Shown here piece by piece: positions 26,040 through 37,938 of a DNA stretch of 64,000 bases (positions are counted from its first letter, which is position 1; each line of letters starts with the position of its first letter). A program made the position numbers and the translations under genes. The notes under the pieces are model-generated. The model saw only the letters and a program-made list of their open reading frames with translations. It was not told where the DNA came from and ran no database searches. The stretch is from Raillietiella orientalis (lineage: Eukaryota): NCBI GenBank assembly GCA_036172245.1, contig JAYWIR010000012.1:992001-1056000 (forward strand), read 5' to 3'.

Positions 26040-27230
26040 TTTTCACCTGGGAGCTCAGGGGCCTTTATTGAAATGAAATTAGAATGAAATTAGAAAAAAC
26101 ATTAGAACTTGATAGGGACAGAGGTCCTATCAGGTTCTGTCCTTTCCACAGCTTGCCGGTGCGCAGACCGGAAGGGATGGCTTCGACAGCAGAGGGGATG
26201 GGAAAAAGAAAAACATACAGTGGTACTTCGGCACTCATCGGTAATTCGTTCCGGAACTTGTGACGAGTTCCGAAACCGAAGAGTACCGAACGACCATTGA
26301 TTTAGGACATGATTAACGCTTAAAATGCACAGAAAGCACACAAAAAGGAAACAATTCGGGAGGCACTCTATGGAAGTATTCGGCACTGTTCGTGAGCTAC
26401 CATGAGACTAAAGCATTCACTTGCTTCATCATGAGAGTGGGATGTCGAGTTCCGAGCATGCACCGAGCGTCAAAACATTTTTTTCTCGTCAAAATGCGAC
26501 GAGTACTGAGTGTGACGAGTTCAAACACCGTCGAGAACCAAGATACCACTATAAAGGTTGATAAATTCTGTGGGACAAAGGAAGGAATCACTGCATGGAG
26601 CCCGTCCTGTTCATCCTTTCCATGATGCTGGCAAGTTCTACTCTCGTATTCTTCAGGTGAGGCCATCTCGTTGCCCTTCATAGGAAACGTAATGTGAAAT
26701 GGATGAAGTCCCTTCTGCTTCCTCCTCCATTGGCGTCATTCCACGTCGCCATAATCCCGTGTAGGCAGCAAAGCGCTGCTAGGGGTGCGGCCGGCGGCAA
26801 TGCGTCGTGCACAAAGAGGGGTCTCAGTGCATCCCTGGGGTTGCCACGTGGGTCCGAAGAGTCGTCTCTGCAAAAAACGTCCCCACAGTGATCGCAGGGC
26901 AAAGCAGTTCACAAACAGGATGCGGGAGGGTTCCACGTTCCCCACGCCTGCTGCAATTCTTCGGGTCCAGTGATGGCACTCATTGCATGGGACGCCCCAG
27001 TGCAAAAGCAGAAGCGCCGACTCCCTAGACTTGAAAGGGAGGGTGAGGTTGTTCGGTAGCGCCCGGGCCCACTCGAGATCCTCTCGGGGAATGCTCAGCA
27101 GCTCATCCCAACCCCCAAGTCCTTTCAGCTGGAGACTTGGGGTCTCAGCGTCGATTATCTGGCCCGTGGTGTCCAACCAGTGTCCTGCTTCAGGAGGGAA
27201 TCCAGCAGAAGACTTCCCATTCCGCCGGTA
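26040..27230 (-). mobile_element. L1/Tx1-like LINE 3' relic interrupted by a MITE
   Basis: LPFKSRESALLLLHWGVPCNECHHWTR..LFVNCFALRSLW; 3' UTR with ggtctgcg motif, AATAAA (26069-26064) and hairpin. Confidence 0.65.
26218..26551. mobile_element. pogo/Tigger-like MITE
   Basis: TA|CAGTGGTACTTCGG...CCAAGATACCACTA|TA: imperfect TIRs, TA target duplication, and internal gacgagt repeats near both ends. Confidence 0.7.
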
Positions 27231-27899
27231 GGTTGCTGCTGCCGAGATGCTCCCTCAGGAACGGCAGTGCCGGGCAAAAAAAAGCACGGCCTCAAGATGC
27301 CTTCGCGGTCGGTGCCGCTTGCATTGCGACGTGCATTTGTAGCCGAGTTCGCCTGCGGGCGTGTCTTGTTGCTGCGCGACGCACCCGAAATTCTAGACGG
27401 CCGGAAACGTCACCCTCAGAAGAAATCGGGCACTTTTTGATCGGGTGCAGCACGGAAGCTGCGCTTAGGCACTGCAGCTGCTGACGATGGGTTCAAGAAA
27501 CTTACTCCTGTCAGAAGCTGAAGACGCAGCGCAAGCTCCTGACGTCAGTCATGACGTCTGCACATGTGAAACACCATTAGGAACGTCTCGCCCTGCTGTC
27601 TCGTCACCGACCTTCCATCAGTTGCACCCTTTTTGCTTCCGGACGGGGCCGCGGAAGTAGGCACTCTTTGTGCGCGCAATAGGAAGAGCTCAAAGGGCCG
27701 CGGACGAACCGGAGAGGTGCCAATCTCCGGAAACATTGTCATTGGTGTCACCTGCAGACAGTCAGCTCGGTCTTCATCTGAAGATTTCAGCTTTGCGGTC
27801 GCATGCAAATGATGCAGCAAACGCCGCTGCTCTCTGTGCGTTCAAAGGGCACACTGGAACATCGACTGTTACCCGAGTGCACCGGGGCGTGCATGTCGT

Positions 27900-28720
27900 A
27901 TATAAAAAATAAACAATCATGGTCTCTATGGTTGGACCACCACTGGTCCAACCACTTACAATTTAGCGGGAGCCTCCCGGGTTACCAGTACGCAGACCTT
28001 TAAGGTCCGCCACGGCAGCAGAGGGAAAGGGGATACACAAAAAAATAAACAAACAAATTTGGAAGAGTGCGGGAAGGGGTAAAGTCCTGCTAGCGGCGGT
28101 CCTCTGCATCCTTTTGAGGATGCCTTGCTGGATGTTGTTTTCCAGGTGTGGTCATCTCGATGCCATCATGAATCGCACGGCAAAGTGGATGTGTCATCTC
28201 TGTCTCTGTGCCTTCCTCTTGCGTGGCTCCAGGCATCTATTATCCTGCGTAGGCAACATGAGTCTGCAAGCGAGACTGCTGGCCGAAGGGCGTCGCGTAG
28301 GAGGAGGGTTTCAGAGCATCCCTGGAGTTGCCTCCGGGGGGATCCCAGGGTCGCAGCAAAGCGTTCCCAGAAAGACCGGATGGAAACAGGATCCACTAGC
28401 GGGTGCGGGAGGGATTCGCTCTCCCCGCACCTGCCACGCTCCCGTGTCCAGTGGTGCCGGCGGGCGTTGCACGGGAAGCCCTAGCGCAGCAGCCTTACCG
28501 CCGACTCCTGCCACCTTAATGGGAGGGCGTGCATGACCAAAAACACTGGGGGCCGCTGCAGGTCTTCCTCGGGAATACCGAGTAGCTCGCTCCATCGCAA
28601 AAGTTCTCGAGGTGGGGCACTCGGGGTCACAGCGTCCGTAAGCTGACCGTCGTCCACTCACCAAATGCTTTTCTCCTTCCGGAGATTTCTGCGCTAAGCT
28701 CCCATCTAGCCGCAAGGCTG
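27900..28720 (-). mobile_element. L1/Tx1-like LINE 3' relic
   Basis: LPLRWQESAVRLLR*GFPCNARRHHWTRERGRCGESESLPH..RSFWERF; 3' UTR shares the ggtctgcgt motif with 26040-26200 and 54880-55030. Confidence 0.65.
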
Positions 28721-29019
28721 CTGTCCATGTGCTCCCTTAGGGAAGGAAGCGTTGCGATAAGGGCGGTTCTTTCTGCCCACGCAGGCAGAACCGCCCACAG
28801 TTCTTCAACGGGTGTTCCAGGACCTCCCGGAGCGAGCAGTTATAGTAAAAGCAGTGAGGCAAACGATGTGTCTGTTTCGGGCTTCGCTCGTTGTGCTTCG
28901 CCCACGTGCGGACGGTTCCTTGTAACCAGGCACTACCGTTCGCGGGGCGGCACGAGATCCAGTTGTTGGTCCTGGTAGCTACACGCCGAAGCTGCAGTCC
29001 GCCACTGGAACATGGAGAA

Positions 29020-29420
29020 GAGGCCCGCGCTGGAGACCGTGCGGCTGTCATGTCCGCGCGCGGCACCGAGAGTCGCGAGTTCAAATCCCGCCCGAGGAAA
29101 GATCACTGCCCCAAAAACGGGGGTTTGGAGTCCCCTACTCTCAGGATTACGCTGGTCGGCCTATTTGGGTGCGGCATTGATGGAAGCCAGGAACCGAACG
29201 CTACCGTTGATCGGACAGAATTGGAAGTCGACCTTTCAGGGTCTTTCCAGAAATCAGGGAGCCCCGGGGTTCCATTCCGGTTGTGAAAATGAAGCCGTCC
29301 CTTCCCCTCAGGAGGCTGTCTCTCAAGGGCCTTGGAGACATGGGTGTGGGATGCATGAAAATCAGCATCCTGAACCGTTGAGTGTGCTCTGGCACAGATC
29401 TTGCGCCACTCGGAGTTAAT
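29020..29420 (+). mobile_element. tRNA-headed element (copy B)
   Basis: AGTTCAAATCCC at 29078-29089, followed by the shared ctcaggat..gctggtcggcctatttggg body. Confidence 0.65.
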
Positions 29421-29619
29421 TTTTTGCTTAGCTACCCTGAAAGATCAACCCCCTTCTCCCCTTCCAGACAACAATAACAACAAACAAGTAAGAAGCAATG
29501 CTTATCTGGTTCTTACAATGAGAATGGAGGTTTGGTAGACAACAAAGAGTGCATATTCCATCCGATAGAAGAACAAATGACGCACTGACTTTGGTCCACA
29601 TGTCCGCCCGACCGGGTCC

Positions 29620-32600
29620 TCAGAGAAGTGGTCGGTATGCCACGCATGTGATGCAGCAGGTGTCGTGATCATCCCTCTTCAGTCTCATGTAACCTCCCTC
29701 CCCCCAGCTTTCTCCCCAAGAGTTTTTGACGATCCAGTAATCTGTTCCAGAATCCAGATCCGTGCCGTACCCAACCACTACGCCAAAATGGTTGTACGTC
29801 ACAGAGGAACACTTCCGGCCAGAGTGTATCCCTGGTCATCGCAAGGGGGTTTCCCCGGTAATGCTTTGATATCCGAAACAATTACCTCTGTAGTAGAACT
29901 GGAACGTCCTGGCCGAGACGTCCAGAGACACGGAAACGGGACCGAAGTCTGTCACTTCTTGCAGCAGCTCCCGGCTATCCTCGACCACTTTGAAGCCGCT
30001 GACCCTGATTCCGCTCGTTTCCTCCGCAGCGGAGCATCCACCTGCCTGAGGAGCACCATCGCTTCCAAAACCCCGTTTCCTCCCCTCCCTTCAGTACTTT
30101 ATCGAGATGAAGGTATTCATCCTGCTTTAGAACACTGTGGGATGTCAGGTATCTCATTGCCGCTTCCAGGGATCCCTCAGGGATGCAGTCCACCAACTGC
30201 TGAGCGCTCAGGTTCCTCAAGAGACCACTCTTCAGAAAGAACGTGCTCTCCAAGGATTCCACCTTTCGTTGTTCGAGAGGAGGTGAGAGGGGGGAAAAGA
30301 GACTGAGCCGACATCGGTTTCCGAGACTCACGACGCTGAATGCCCATCCCGTTCTCAACTTCTTTTGCCTCTTAACGGTCGTCACGGCTCCCAGCTCCCT
30401 CCAGTCCAGGGATTCGGAAGAGAAAGCTTTCCCGCTTTCTCGGGAAGGAGGACGATTCCTTTCGGTGCGCCTCGCGTGGTGCGCGAAACCAGCCACCAGC
30501 AACGAGAACTCCTCCTGCGTCTGGAGGGGTCGACGGAGAGGGGCGCCGTGCCTTGAAGGCTGCTGGTCCCGCACTCACCAGGTCTCCGAACTCGTTTAGC
30601 AGCAGCTCGACGTCCTCCTCGCCTCTCCAGTGCTTCTTGTTATGCTCGTCGACGAACCTGCCATTCTTCAAGAAGACGTCTCTCCTGAAGTGCTCTTCGT
30701 CCGGTCCCGAGTACGACTTCCCGTACACGTACTGGGGGCAGAAAAAGGACGGGCTGTTGCTTTCGCTCCAGGGAGCAGCGACGCATCGTCCCGCTCCCTG
30801 CTCAACCTTGACTCCCCCTTCCGATTATCCCCGCTCCAACCGTCACGGGTGCGGCGCGACCGGTGACGACGTTTTCCGCGGAGATCTGGGAAAGGGCAGA
30901 GGGTGTGGCGGAAAGCTACTGCCTCGATCGTGCTGGAACGAGTCGGATCAGGATGGACGGAAGGGGTCTCTCTGGGGGAGGCTGACGCGCATGGACCGGC
31001 CCCCCTCTGGGGAGGAAATCGCTTCTCCTCGGTAACCTCTCGAGACCACCTCGGTTTCTGGCTTCCGGACTTCCACCCTCTTTCGCGAAATGAGTGTTCA
31101 CACGGAGAAGGGGAGGCAAACCGCCGGAAAACGGGAATTGGACAAGAGCTTCGCAAGCTTCTTTTCTTCTTGGACCGGCTGGCATGGAGAGGATCCTGCA
31201 CGTTCTCTCAGTGGGGAGGAAAATGGCGAACCCCTGGCTTAGCCATCTTCCCGCGTGAGCGCCTGGGAATTCGCTGCTGCACTGTCGCACCTCTGCGACC
31301 CTTGCACAGCCTTATCAAAACCTTATCGGTCACCCCTGCCCCCCCTCCTCATGGTTCACGGGAAGTGCTTACTTCGCATCTGGACTCACCAGCGGAAATG
31401 GCCCTACACAGGAAGCGCCGGATCGCCCTGCCCGCTGCGGCTGCGAGCGGCGCCGGCAAGAAGGTCGCGTCTGGTGTTCGCCACAGCACTGCGGTGCTGG
31501 CCACCCTCTCGGGGAGACGGACGGAAAGCCCAAATGCTTCCGCCAGGTGGTGCTGCGCGCGTGCCAGAAGAGCACAGGGCAGTGGCGAGTCCTCTCCTCG
31601 TTCTAAACCTCCTCCTTCTTCACGTATGCTGAGCGATCTCCGCCGGAAAGCCGGTTTGCCTCCCCTCCTACAGTCATCTACAGTCTCCTTTGCAGAGAAC
31701 TCTGACCTTCTTTCTCGAATCCCACTTATGCTCATCTTGAGAGCAGAGACCTTCCTTCCCTCCCGTCCCTTGACGGCATGCTGGCGAGAGGGCAGCAGCT
31801 CCTAACGAATCGGTATCGGTCCACTGTCGCTCTCCGGAAAAGACAGCAAGTGGAAGGGACTGGTCCTCCAATTGGGAACGCGCGCATCCCTACTTGCACC
31901 CTGCGAAGTTTGCGATGAGCGCCTAACAGTATTCCCGGGGAAGCAGACCGCTATCGACAGGTCCCTCCCACAGAAGGGCCACCTCTTTCCACTTGGCCTT
32001 GTCTTCCTTTTTCCTGCCCTCGACCTCGGTCTCCCTCCTCTGGGAGCGCTTTCCCTTCTGCTTGCCGGATCCGCCGTCCTCAGAAACTTGGCTTGTCTTC
32101 CGGATGTTGGCTCGGGGTGACGAACCTCATGACCTTGCTTACGCGCCTTGGTTGCAGCCGATGATCAGGATGAGTGGTCGCTTCGAGTGATCCCAGAGTC
32201 TAGAACGCGACCCGGACTCGTTCGGGTCAGCTTCGTCTCCATCGGGAGCAGCGGACCGGCGCAACAGGTCTCCTTCCTCGAGATCGTGCTGACCCACAAC
32301 CATCCCTTCCCTAGCATCCCTCTTCGGAGGACTCAATCTTTTCTCTCCTGACTTTCCCGCCGGCACTTCAAAAAGGAGAGAGGGCGGGCTTTCTTCCCGC
32401 ACCCGCTACCATGGGAACCGCCTGCAGAGGAACGCACTGCCGTCGACCCAGGGCTGCTTGCTCCTCCCCTGGCCTTCGCGCGCCCTGCGGAGCCGTGGCG
32501 CGCCGGCACGCGCTCTCATCTGCTTGCCTCCTCCAAGACGGAAGTCCTTCTCGCCCTGCCTCTGCCTTCTGTATCCCGATGAGGATCTCCCTGTGCTCCC

Positions 32601-33401
32601 GACTGCGTGGCCTTCCCCTCGCCTTTCGCCTCCAAATGCTTCATTCGCTTCCGAGCTTTCACCTCCCTCCTCTTCGCACGGCTCCACGGTCTAGCTTCTC
32701 GTTCTTTCTCGTTCCTCCCCCTTTTCTGCTTCTGAGGGTAGCAGCAGAGCGACCCTCCGTTGCTCCGCAGCTTTCCCTCTTGTGCCGCCCTTTTTCCCCC
32801 TTCCCTTTCTGCTTCCGTTCCTGCGGACTGGCAAGCAGGCGTGGGTGGGGCACCACGGACATGGATCCGGGGTCTCCCCAGCTCCGAAGAGAAACTGCGA
32901 CGTCCGAAAAATTCGGGTGAAAACAAACAGCCGACATCTTCGATATAGAGGGGCTCCTTATCACTGCGGGGCGAGGAGGGAAACACGCGGTGACGTCACG
33001 GGCTCTCGCAGCAGAGGTGGGAGTGCACATAGCCAAAATGCCAAGGAAGCGGAGACCGACCCCGTCCTCCCCTTTCCTCAGCTTGGTGTGCTCGACTGCC
33101 GCTGCCACTTTGCTCCAGGTTGCACAGCACGCATGACCCTTGGACCCCGTTGTCGATGGTCCACGGGTCACCTCTGGCCAAAATGCTCTCGCACTTGGAT
33201 CCGTGAAGGATCGGCATGCGTAAAAACCAACAGGGAATCCTGGATTCTTCCGCCACGGGAAACGAGGAAGCTGGAGGCGTTCAAAAACAGAAGAACCAAC
33301 AGTACCTTGAACAGCTCCCACTGCTGCTGCTCGTCCAGCTCGAAAGCGCCTGCGGTAAGCGAGCATGCCGCAAGGAGGAGGGTGAAGCCAGTGTTCTTCA
33401 T
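29620..33401 (-). CDS. Secreted cathepsin L-like (C1A) protein, 324 aa, catalytic Cys replaced by Gly (non-peptidase homologue)
   Basis: Exons 33401-33306, 30731-30579, 30520-30332, 30262-30098, 30045-29886 and 29831-29620. All introns are GT-AG; 975 nt, no stops or frameshifts. Signal peptide [20 protein letters not shown]29 prodomain [15 protein letters not shown] and LNEFGDLTQEEF; mature domain [73 protein letters not shown]. Confidence 0.92.
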
Positions 33402-36400
33402 CTTCGTCTTGCAGCCTCTGCTCAAAGGAAGAATATGCCTTTCCGAGCGTTGCCTGTTGTGATAGGGAGTGATACATTCTCTTTGCAGGTGGGATGCTTC
33501 CCATGGAGGAAAAAAACTCAACACCAGGACCTCCTGTCTTTAAGAGGTCAAGCTCTTCCGGAAAAAAAAAAAAAAGATAAAATTTTCGTGGTGGAGGCAA
33601 GCTGACAAGACGATGGATAGGTTTTGGACCGATAAGACGACAAGAAATGAGCTCCCATTCCTGCTGACTGTAAGGGTAACGAGACCTCTTCAGGTCTCCC
33701 GGATCTCCAAAGAGGCCGAAATGCTGATGCCTGGCAGAAGCAAGCACTGTTTCCTTCCTTCGTAGGATTCTTCTCCGGGCAAAGGAGCCACGTGTTTGGA
33801 TTTCCTTGCGTGCACGATTTCTTCAGGATCTGAGACAAGACTTCGCCTCTTTACAGACGTGGAATAACAGAATAGACCAGTCGACAAGGGGGATTTCTGA
33901 AGTCACGTCCGACCTCTAGAGAATTTCTCACAATTTACATTCTACTGCCATCTCTCTCGCGAGTGTTCCCAGAGCTACCCGCATCGCCATCTCGCAAAAA
34001 ATAACCGTAGGCACAGAAAACAATTTACAACTTCCGGCACACGAGAGTTTACATATTTACCTGGAGTGACTCTACATATTTTCTCCTTGAAAATCCTTGA
34101 CGTAAGTATTTTGTCTACAAGCATTTTTTCCGGATAATTAGTTGGCAGTGAGACCAGGTAAAATAGCAGAAAATAAAAGAGGAATATTAAAAAGGACAGG
34201 ATGGAACATGAAAAATTAACGAAATTGAAAAAAAATTCATTGCAAAAATAAAGAGGATTTTAAACTGATATGTTATCATTTTCCAATATAGTATGCGGAC
34301 TCTCTCATTTCACACTACCATTTTATCACCGTCGTTTCTATCAAATCGATATACGTAGCTGTTGTCATACATCGATTGGTATTTAAGACCACCACGTCGT
34401 GTCATCTGTATAGACCATTATGAGGGTTAAGATTTATATAATATACAAAGGAAAGTACTGAGAGACTTCCTGGAGATCAGTGGAGAGATGAACCCAAACT
34501 ATCTACTATTTTATCTTTTAAGGCAAAACTGTCGTGCAGACAATTAGTTTTTCGGCAAAGATGTTGAAAAACTGAAGCCAAGGAGGTTAGGACATTTTCC
34601 CTTGGAAGGTACAGATCCCGTTAGATTTCATCGTGCCTTTCTTCCAACGCAGTGGTCTGTTTTGCAAAGGGTAATGCATACACATTACATCGTACATTAG
34701 ATACATCGAGAACACAAATTCTAAAAAAGCAACGTTCAGCAAATTTGCTACTGTCCACAGAAGCTGCAATGATGAGTACACGTAGAATTCTCCTTTTGCA
34801 TGTATGCACATCTTTCGTATCTGAACGCATGTTGAATATGGACACAATTCATTTTCGAGAAAACCCTTTTGTGTTTTATCTCAACCCTCAGCAACGTTGG
34901 ACTGAGAGGTTTTGTAAAGGTGTTTTTTGGGGAGCTTCATGTGCAAATCCTAAACGTTTCCAAGAGATTTTACCAGTCGTTCGTATGATCTCGGATGATG
35001 AGTTAGCCGGGTGAATTCGGGCAAGCTGATATTGCAAACTTGTTCAGCGATCAGGCCGTGTTTCACACATACACTAAGAGATGCGGGGATTATTATTATT
35101 ATTACTGTTATTTTCTATACTTTTCCATTTGCCGATAGGTGGGCGGGGTGTTCAACCGGTACAACATCGACTATCTGCATGTCTGCTGAGTACCAAACTC
35201 TTTGCTTCGGCATTACGCTGGTCGAGAGATGATCGAGTGTGGTCCGGAAGCTTACCACTCATTCTGATCATCGACGGTGATCAGATTCTCCGATTGATGA
35301 CACTTAATTCGTAGTGGGTGGCTTACTCGAAACATTTCTCTCCACGAAGACAGCAACGATTGGTCGCCTTGTCCTTTGCTGCTTTCCCTACAGCATACTC
35401 AATTCCTTGTTTTCTGCGTGAAATTGGGCTCTAAATGCTTTAAAGGAAATTCCCGCCTCCTAGGCAAGGCATCTGTAGCCCCACGTCCCTTTTATGTAAT
35501 CTGCATTTTGAGGTTTTTGTTTTTTTTTGAAAGGGTAATTCTAAATAAAACAATGTGCTCCTGGAGTCGCACAGAATTATGCATGCATTTATTCCCAGTC
35601 AACCTCTTGTCCATACAGGTCTGCTGATAGTCACTGATTTTATTACCTTACCAGTATACTTTGTTTTTGTGATGGATATGTTAACAAGCGTTTGCTCAAT
35701 AACGGTTTTGTTTCGTCTCCTTTAGCATATTTTAGGATAGTAATCCCATTTTCCACTTATATGCGGTTTGCTCATTCCAGACTCATAAAATTACTTTGTA
35801 TGCTTTAGGCCGAGGATGACATCATCCGTCTCGAGGTGATTTTCTGTTTGAATTGTTTCTCTTTTAATATCCCTATTCAGAACGTCTGAAGTTTTCATTT
35901 CGATGACATTCATGCTCATTGATTGCCTGTTAATGCCTTGCCGTTCCGGTGTTTGTATGATGTGGTTTTACTAAACATCAAGGAGATTAGCTTATTATTT
36001 GATCTGGCTTTGAAAGTTATCAGACTTAGGCTCCATGAATGTGAAGGGTGATTTCATATTCGTTGATCATTTCGGTTGGTATTTGAAAATTCAAACAAAA
36101 CATCTTTATGTGTTTAATAAATGCTGAAAAAATTGGCAATATCATTGGCATTATTTGGTTTGTAGAGTGTTTTAATGTTATGCAAGTGGAAAAGTTGCAG
36201 GTGTAATTTTTGTTCAGCATGAATCCTAATTCTGAATGCACCTTTTAAAGTGGACGTTTGTGCCTCCAGTGAATCCATAATTTGGAAATATTTTGCCTGG
36301 AAAGTTTTTTTTTTTTTAAGTACAGTGTGCATTTCTTTTTCTTTTCTTTTTTTCGCTTCCTTTTTTTTTTTTTATTTGCTAGGGCAATTAAGATAACTCT

Positions 36401-36771
36401 AATGTGAGAACACTTCAGAATATATTTTGATTTTCATCACAGGTTAAGATTTTGAAAAAAAATCGATGTAAAATCTTCCAAAAATTGGATATGATTGGCT
36501 ACATACAGTGTTAACATGGAAGTGTAAACTATCAAGTTATGTCTTATACAAAAAGACTGATTTAAAAATTATCACAGAAGCATGGAATTGAATTCTACTT
36601 GTAAGTTCAGTGTAATGCCAACATGATGGTTGGAGATCTAATGTTGCAAAAAAAGCAAAACTCAGTGCAAAATGTTTTTGAAGAAGGCAAAGTAAATTTC
36701 ATTTCATTTTGTATTATTGGAAACTTCTCTTGTAAGTGGAGGACACATGTGAAGTGCTTGTGATTATTGTG

Positions 36772-37938
36772 ATGGGTAATCGCAAAAGTTGCTGTGCACA
36801 TTATAAACAGTGCAGTGCTCTGGATGTGTACAAACCTGATGCCCATACCAAGAAGAAAGAAGAAAGTACTATTCTCCAGCACATAAGTGATAGAGAGCCT
36901 GAAGAATGGGATGCAGATCCATCCCTTCATCCAACTGCAGGCCCTCTGTTTATGGCTAAATCCAAATCACTTCTCGAAAGTAAGGAACAAGTTGCACTTA
37001 TGGGTGATTTATTGTGTTGTTTTCTAGATGGTTTGGTGAAGAGGAGAAGCCACAGCCATGTGAGTATGACAAAGCATAAGGTTTCTTGATGTAGTTGGCA
37101 TCTAGTTATTTAGTTCTTGGATGCTTAAAAAGAGTAGTTCCTGCTCCACAATCTTTTTGGATGACAGTACTGTTTCCCAACCAAATTTGAAGACCACATT
37201 GCGCTGTGTAAGTTTGGCTATCTGCTACCACATTCAGAATCGTACTTCAAACCGAACCATGGATATTTTTGACGAAAGGCGACATCCTTTGACTGTAAGA
37301 TGAAGTAGTGAGAGAGTTTATTAAATATAAAAGTGGTAGAAAGAGGGTGTACCTCCGGGATATGACAAGTACAATCCAGAACAACGACAGATATACAAGT
37401 TTCTGCGAACCCTATTTAGTGCAGCTCAGTTGACTGCAGAATGTGCCATCATTACCCTAGTCTACTTAGAACGGTTATTGACATGTGCTGAGATTGATAT
37501 AACACCATCAACATGGCGCCGCATACTTCTTGGAGCTATTTTGCTTGCTTCCAAAGTATGGGATGACCAAGCCATTTGGAATGTAGATTACTGTCAGATC
37601 TTGAAAGATGTAACAGTAGAAGACATGTAAGTTTTGCATTTCATGTATCTGAAAGAAATGCATCTTTTTCTAGGAATGAATTGGAACGCCAGTTCCTGGA
37701 AATGTTGCAGTTCAACTTTAATGTCCCATCCAGCGTGTATGCCAAGTATTACTTCAATTTACGGCATCTAGCAGATGCCAATTTTCTCAATAGCCCAGCT
37801 GAAGCCCTAAGCAAGGAACGCGCACTCAAGCTAGAAGCAATCTCAGAAGGACGCCACGCATCGTCGGCATCATTACGGAAGTGGTGCAGTTTGGAAAGTG
37901 TTGGCACTCCTCAGCGAAGTTTGGCAATTCTTAGCTGA
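36772..37938 (+). CDS. CCNY: Cyclin Y, 326 aa
   Basis: Exons 36772-36979, 37028-37059, 37106-37294, 37340-37626 and 37674-37938 (981 nt, GT-AG). Motifs MGNRKSCC (acylation), [62 protein letters not shown]. Confidence 0.96.

Noticed and set aside
30903..33300. Long ORFs of 150-360 aa inside cathepsin intron 1
   Set aside because: No recognisable motifs; long ORFs are expected by chance at high GC.
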